Shown in pieces: positions 14,499 to 14,821 of a stretch of DNA of 14,821 nt. The position numbers were made by a program, and so were the translations under genes. The notes beneath the pieces were generated by a model. It was not told where the DNA came from and did not search any database. It saw only the letters and a list, made by a program, of their open reading frames with translations. The DNA is from a virus (lineage: Duplodnaviria; Heunggongvirae; Uroviricota; Caudoviricetes), in IMG/VR virus record IMGVR_UViG_2636415906_000004; one strand, 5' to 3'. Each line of letters starts with the position of its first letter. Position 1 is the first letter of the stretch.

Positions 14499-14821
14499 TT
14501 TTTTGCCCGTCCATATTCAACGGCTTCTTTGAGGAGTTCATTTTCCATCGTTTTCTTGCCGAGCAGGCGCTGGAGTTCTTTAATCTGCTTCATGGCGGCA
14601 GCAAGTTCAGAGGCAGGAACAACCTGTTCTCCGGCGGCGACAGCAGTAAGACTTCCTTCCTGGTATTGCTTACGCCAGAGAAATAACTGGCTGGCTGCTA
14701 CACCATGTTGCCGGGCAACGAGGGAGACCGTCATCCCCGGTTCAAAGCTCTGCTGAACAATTGCGATCTTTTCCTGTGTGGTACGCCGTCTGCGTTTCTC
14801 CGGCCCTAAGACATCAATCAT
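14456..14821 (-). CDS. insC: IS2 OrfA (InsC) transposition regulator
   Basis: [26 protein letters not shown]... recognised as IS2 InsC. Start codon is at the last nt of the window. Confidence 0.9.
14498..14504 (-). other. A6G slippery heptamer (AAAAAAG on minus strand) for the IS2 insC-insD -1 programmed frameshift
   Basis: cttttttt run on the plus strand inside the insC/insD overlap. Confidence 0.5.

Larger units (their letters stand above)
13582..14821 (-). mobile_element. IS2 insertion sequence (IS3 family), partial; left end lies beyond the window
   Basis: Right terminal repeat TGGATTTGCCCCTATATTTCCAGACATCTGTTATCACTTAA at about 13582 onward, followed by insD and insC. The window ends at the first codon of insC. 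Confidence 0.9.

Noticed and set aside
1-14821. CRISPR array or rRNA/tRNA genes
   Set aside because: No regularly spaced direct repeats and no rRNA-like or tRNA-like conserved blocks were seen anywhere in the window.

Overview
The window reads as a decayed lambdoid prophage of the E. coli/Shigella type, carrying several pieces of accessory cargo. Left to right: (1) an AT-rich membrane-protein gene (1-852) converging on a tyrosine integrase and excisionase; (2) a minus-strand early operon whose product sizes match the K-12 CPS-53 yfdP/Q/R/S cluster (120/274/178/120 aa), including an HD-domain hydrolase; (3) a GC-rich non-coding stretch full of nested inverted repeats (4796-5298); (4) an N6-adenine methyltransferase N-terminal fragment joined out of frame to the C-terminal half of a lambda-type Q antiterminator; (5) a pR'/tR'-like region; (6) an AT-rich two-gene moron (89-aa protein plus 268-aa protein with three C-terminal TM helices) with its own promoter, sitting between Q and the lysis genes, which is my best candidate for an undescribed defence or exclusion module; (7) a lysis cassette of holin, second membrane protein, GH19 endolysin and overlapped spanins; (8) an AT-rich orphan gene in the bor position; (9) an HNH-endonuclease stub abutting a tail-fibre 3' end, implying loss of the whole virion structural module; (10) a fossil Gin/Pin-type invertible tail-fibre segment with a hix-like site and a truncated invertase; (11) a DUF262/DUF1524 (GmrSD-like) type IV restriction gene; (12) a partial IS2 copy inserted just upstream of that gene and oriented into it. 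No rRNA, tRNA or CRISPR array was seen. All family assignments rest on motifs read by eye and on recalled sequences, with no database search run. Coordinates of non-ORF elements were counted by hand and may be off by 1-2 nt.
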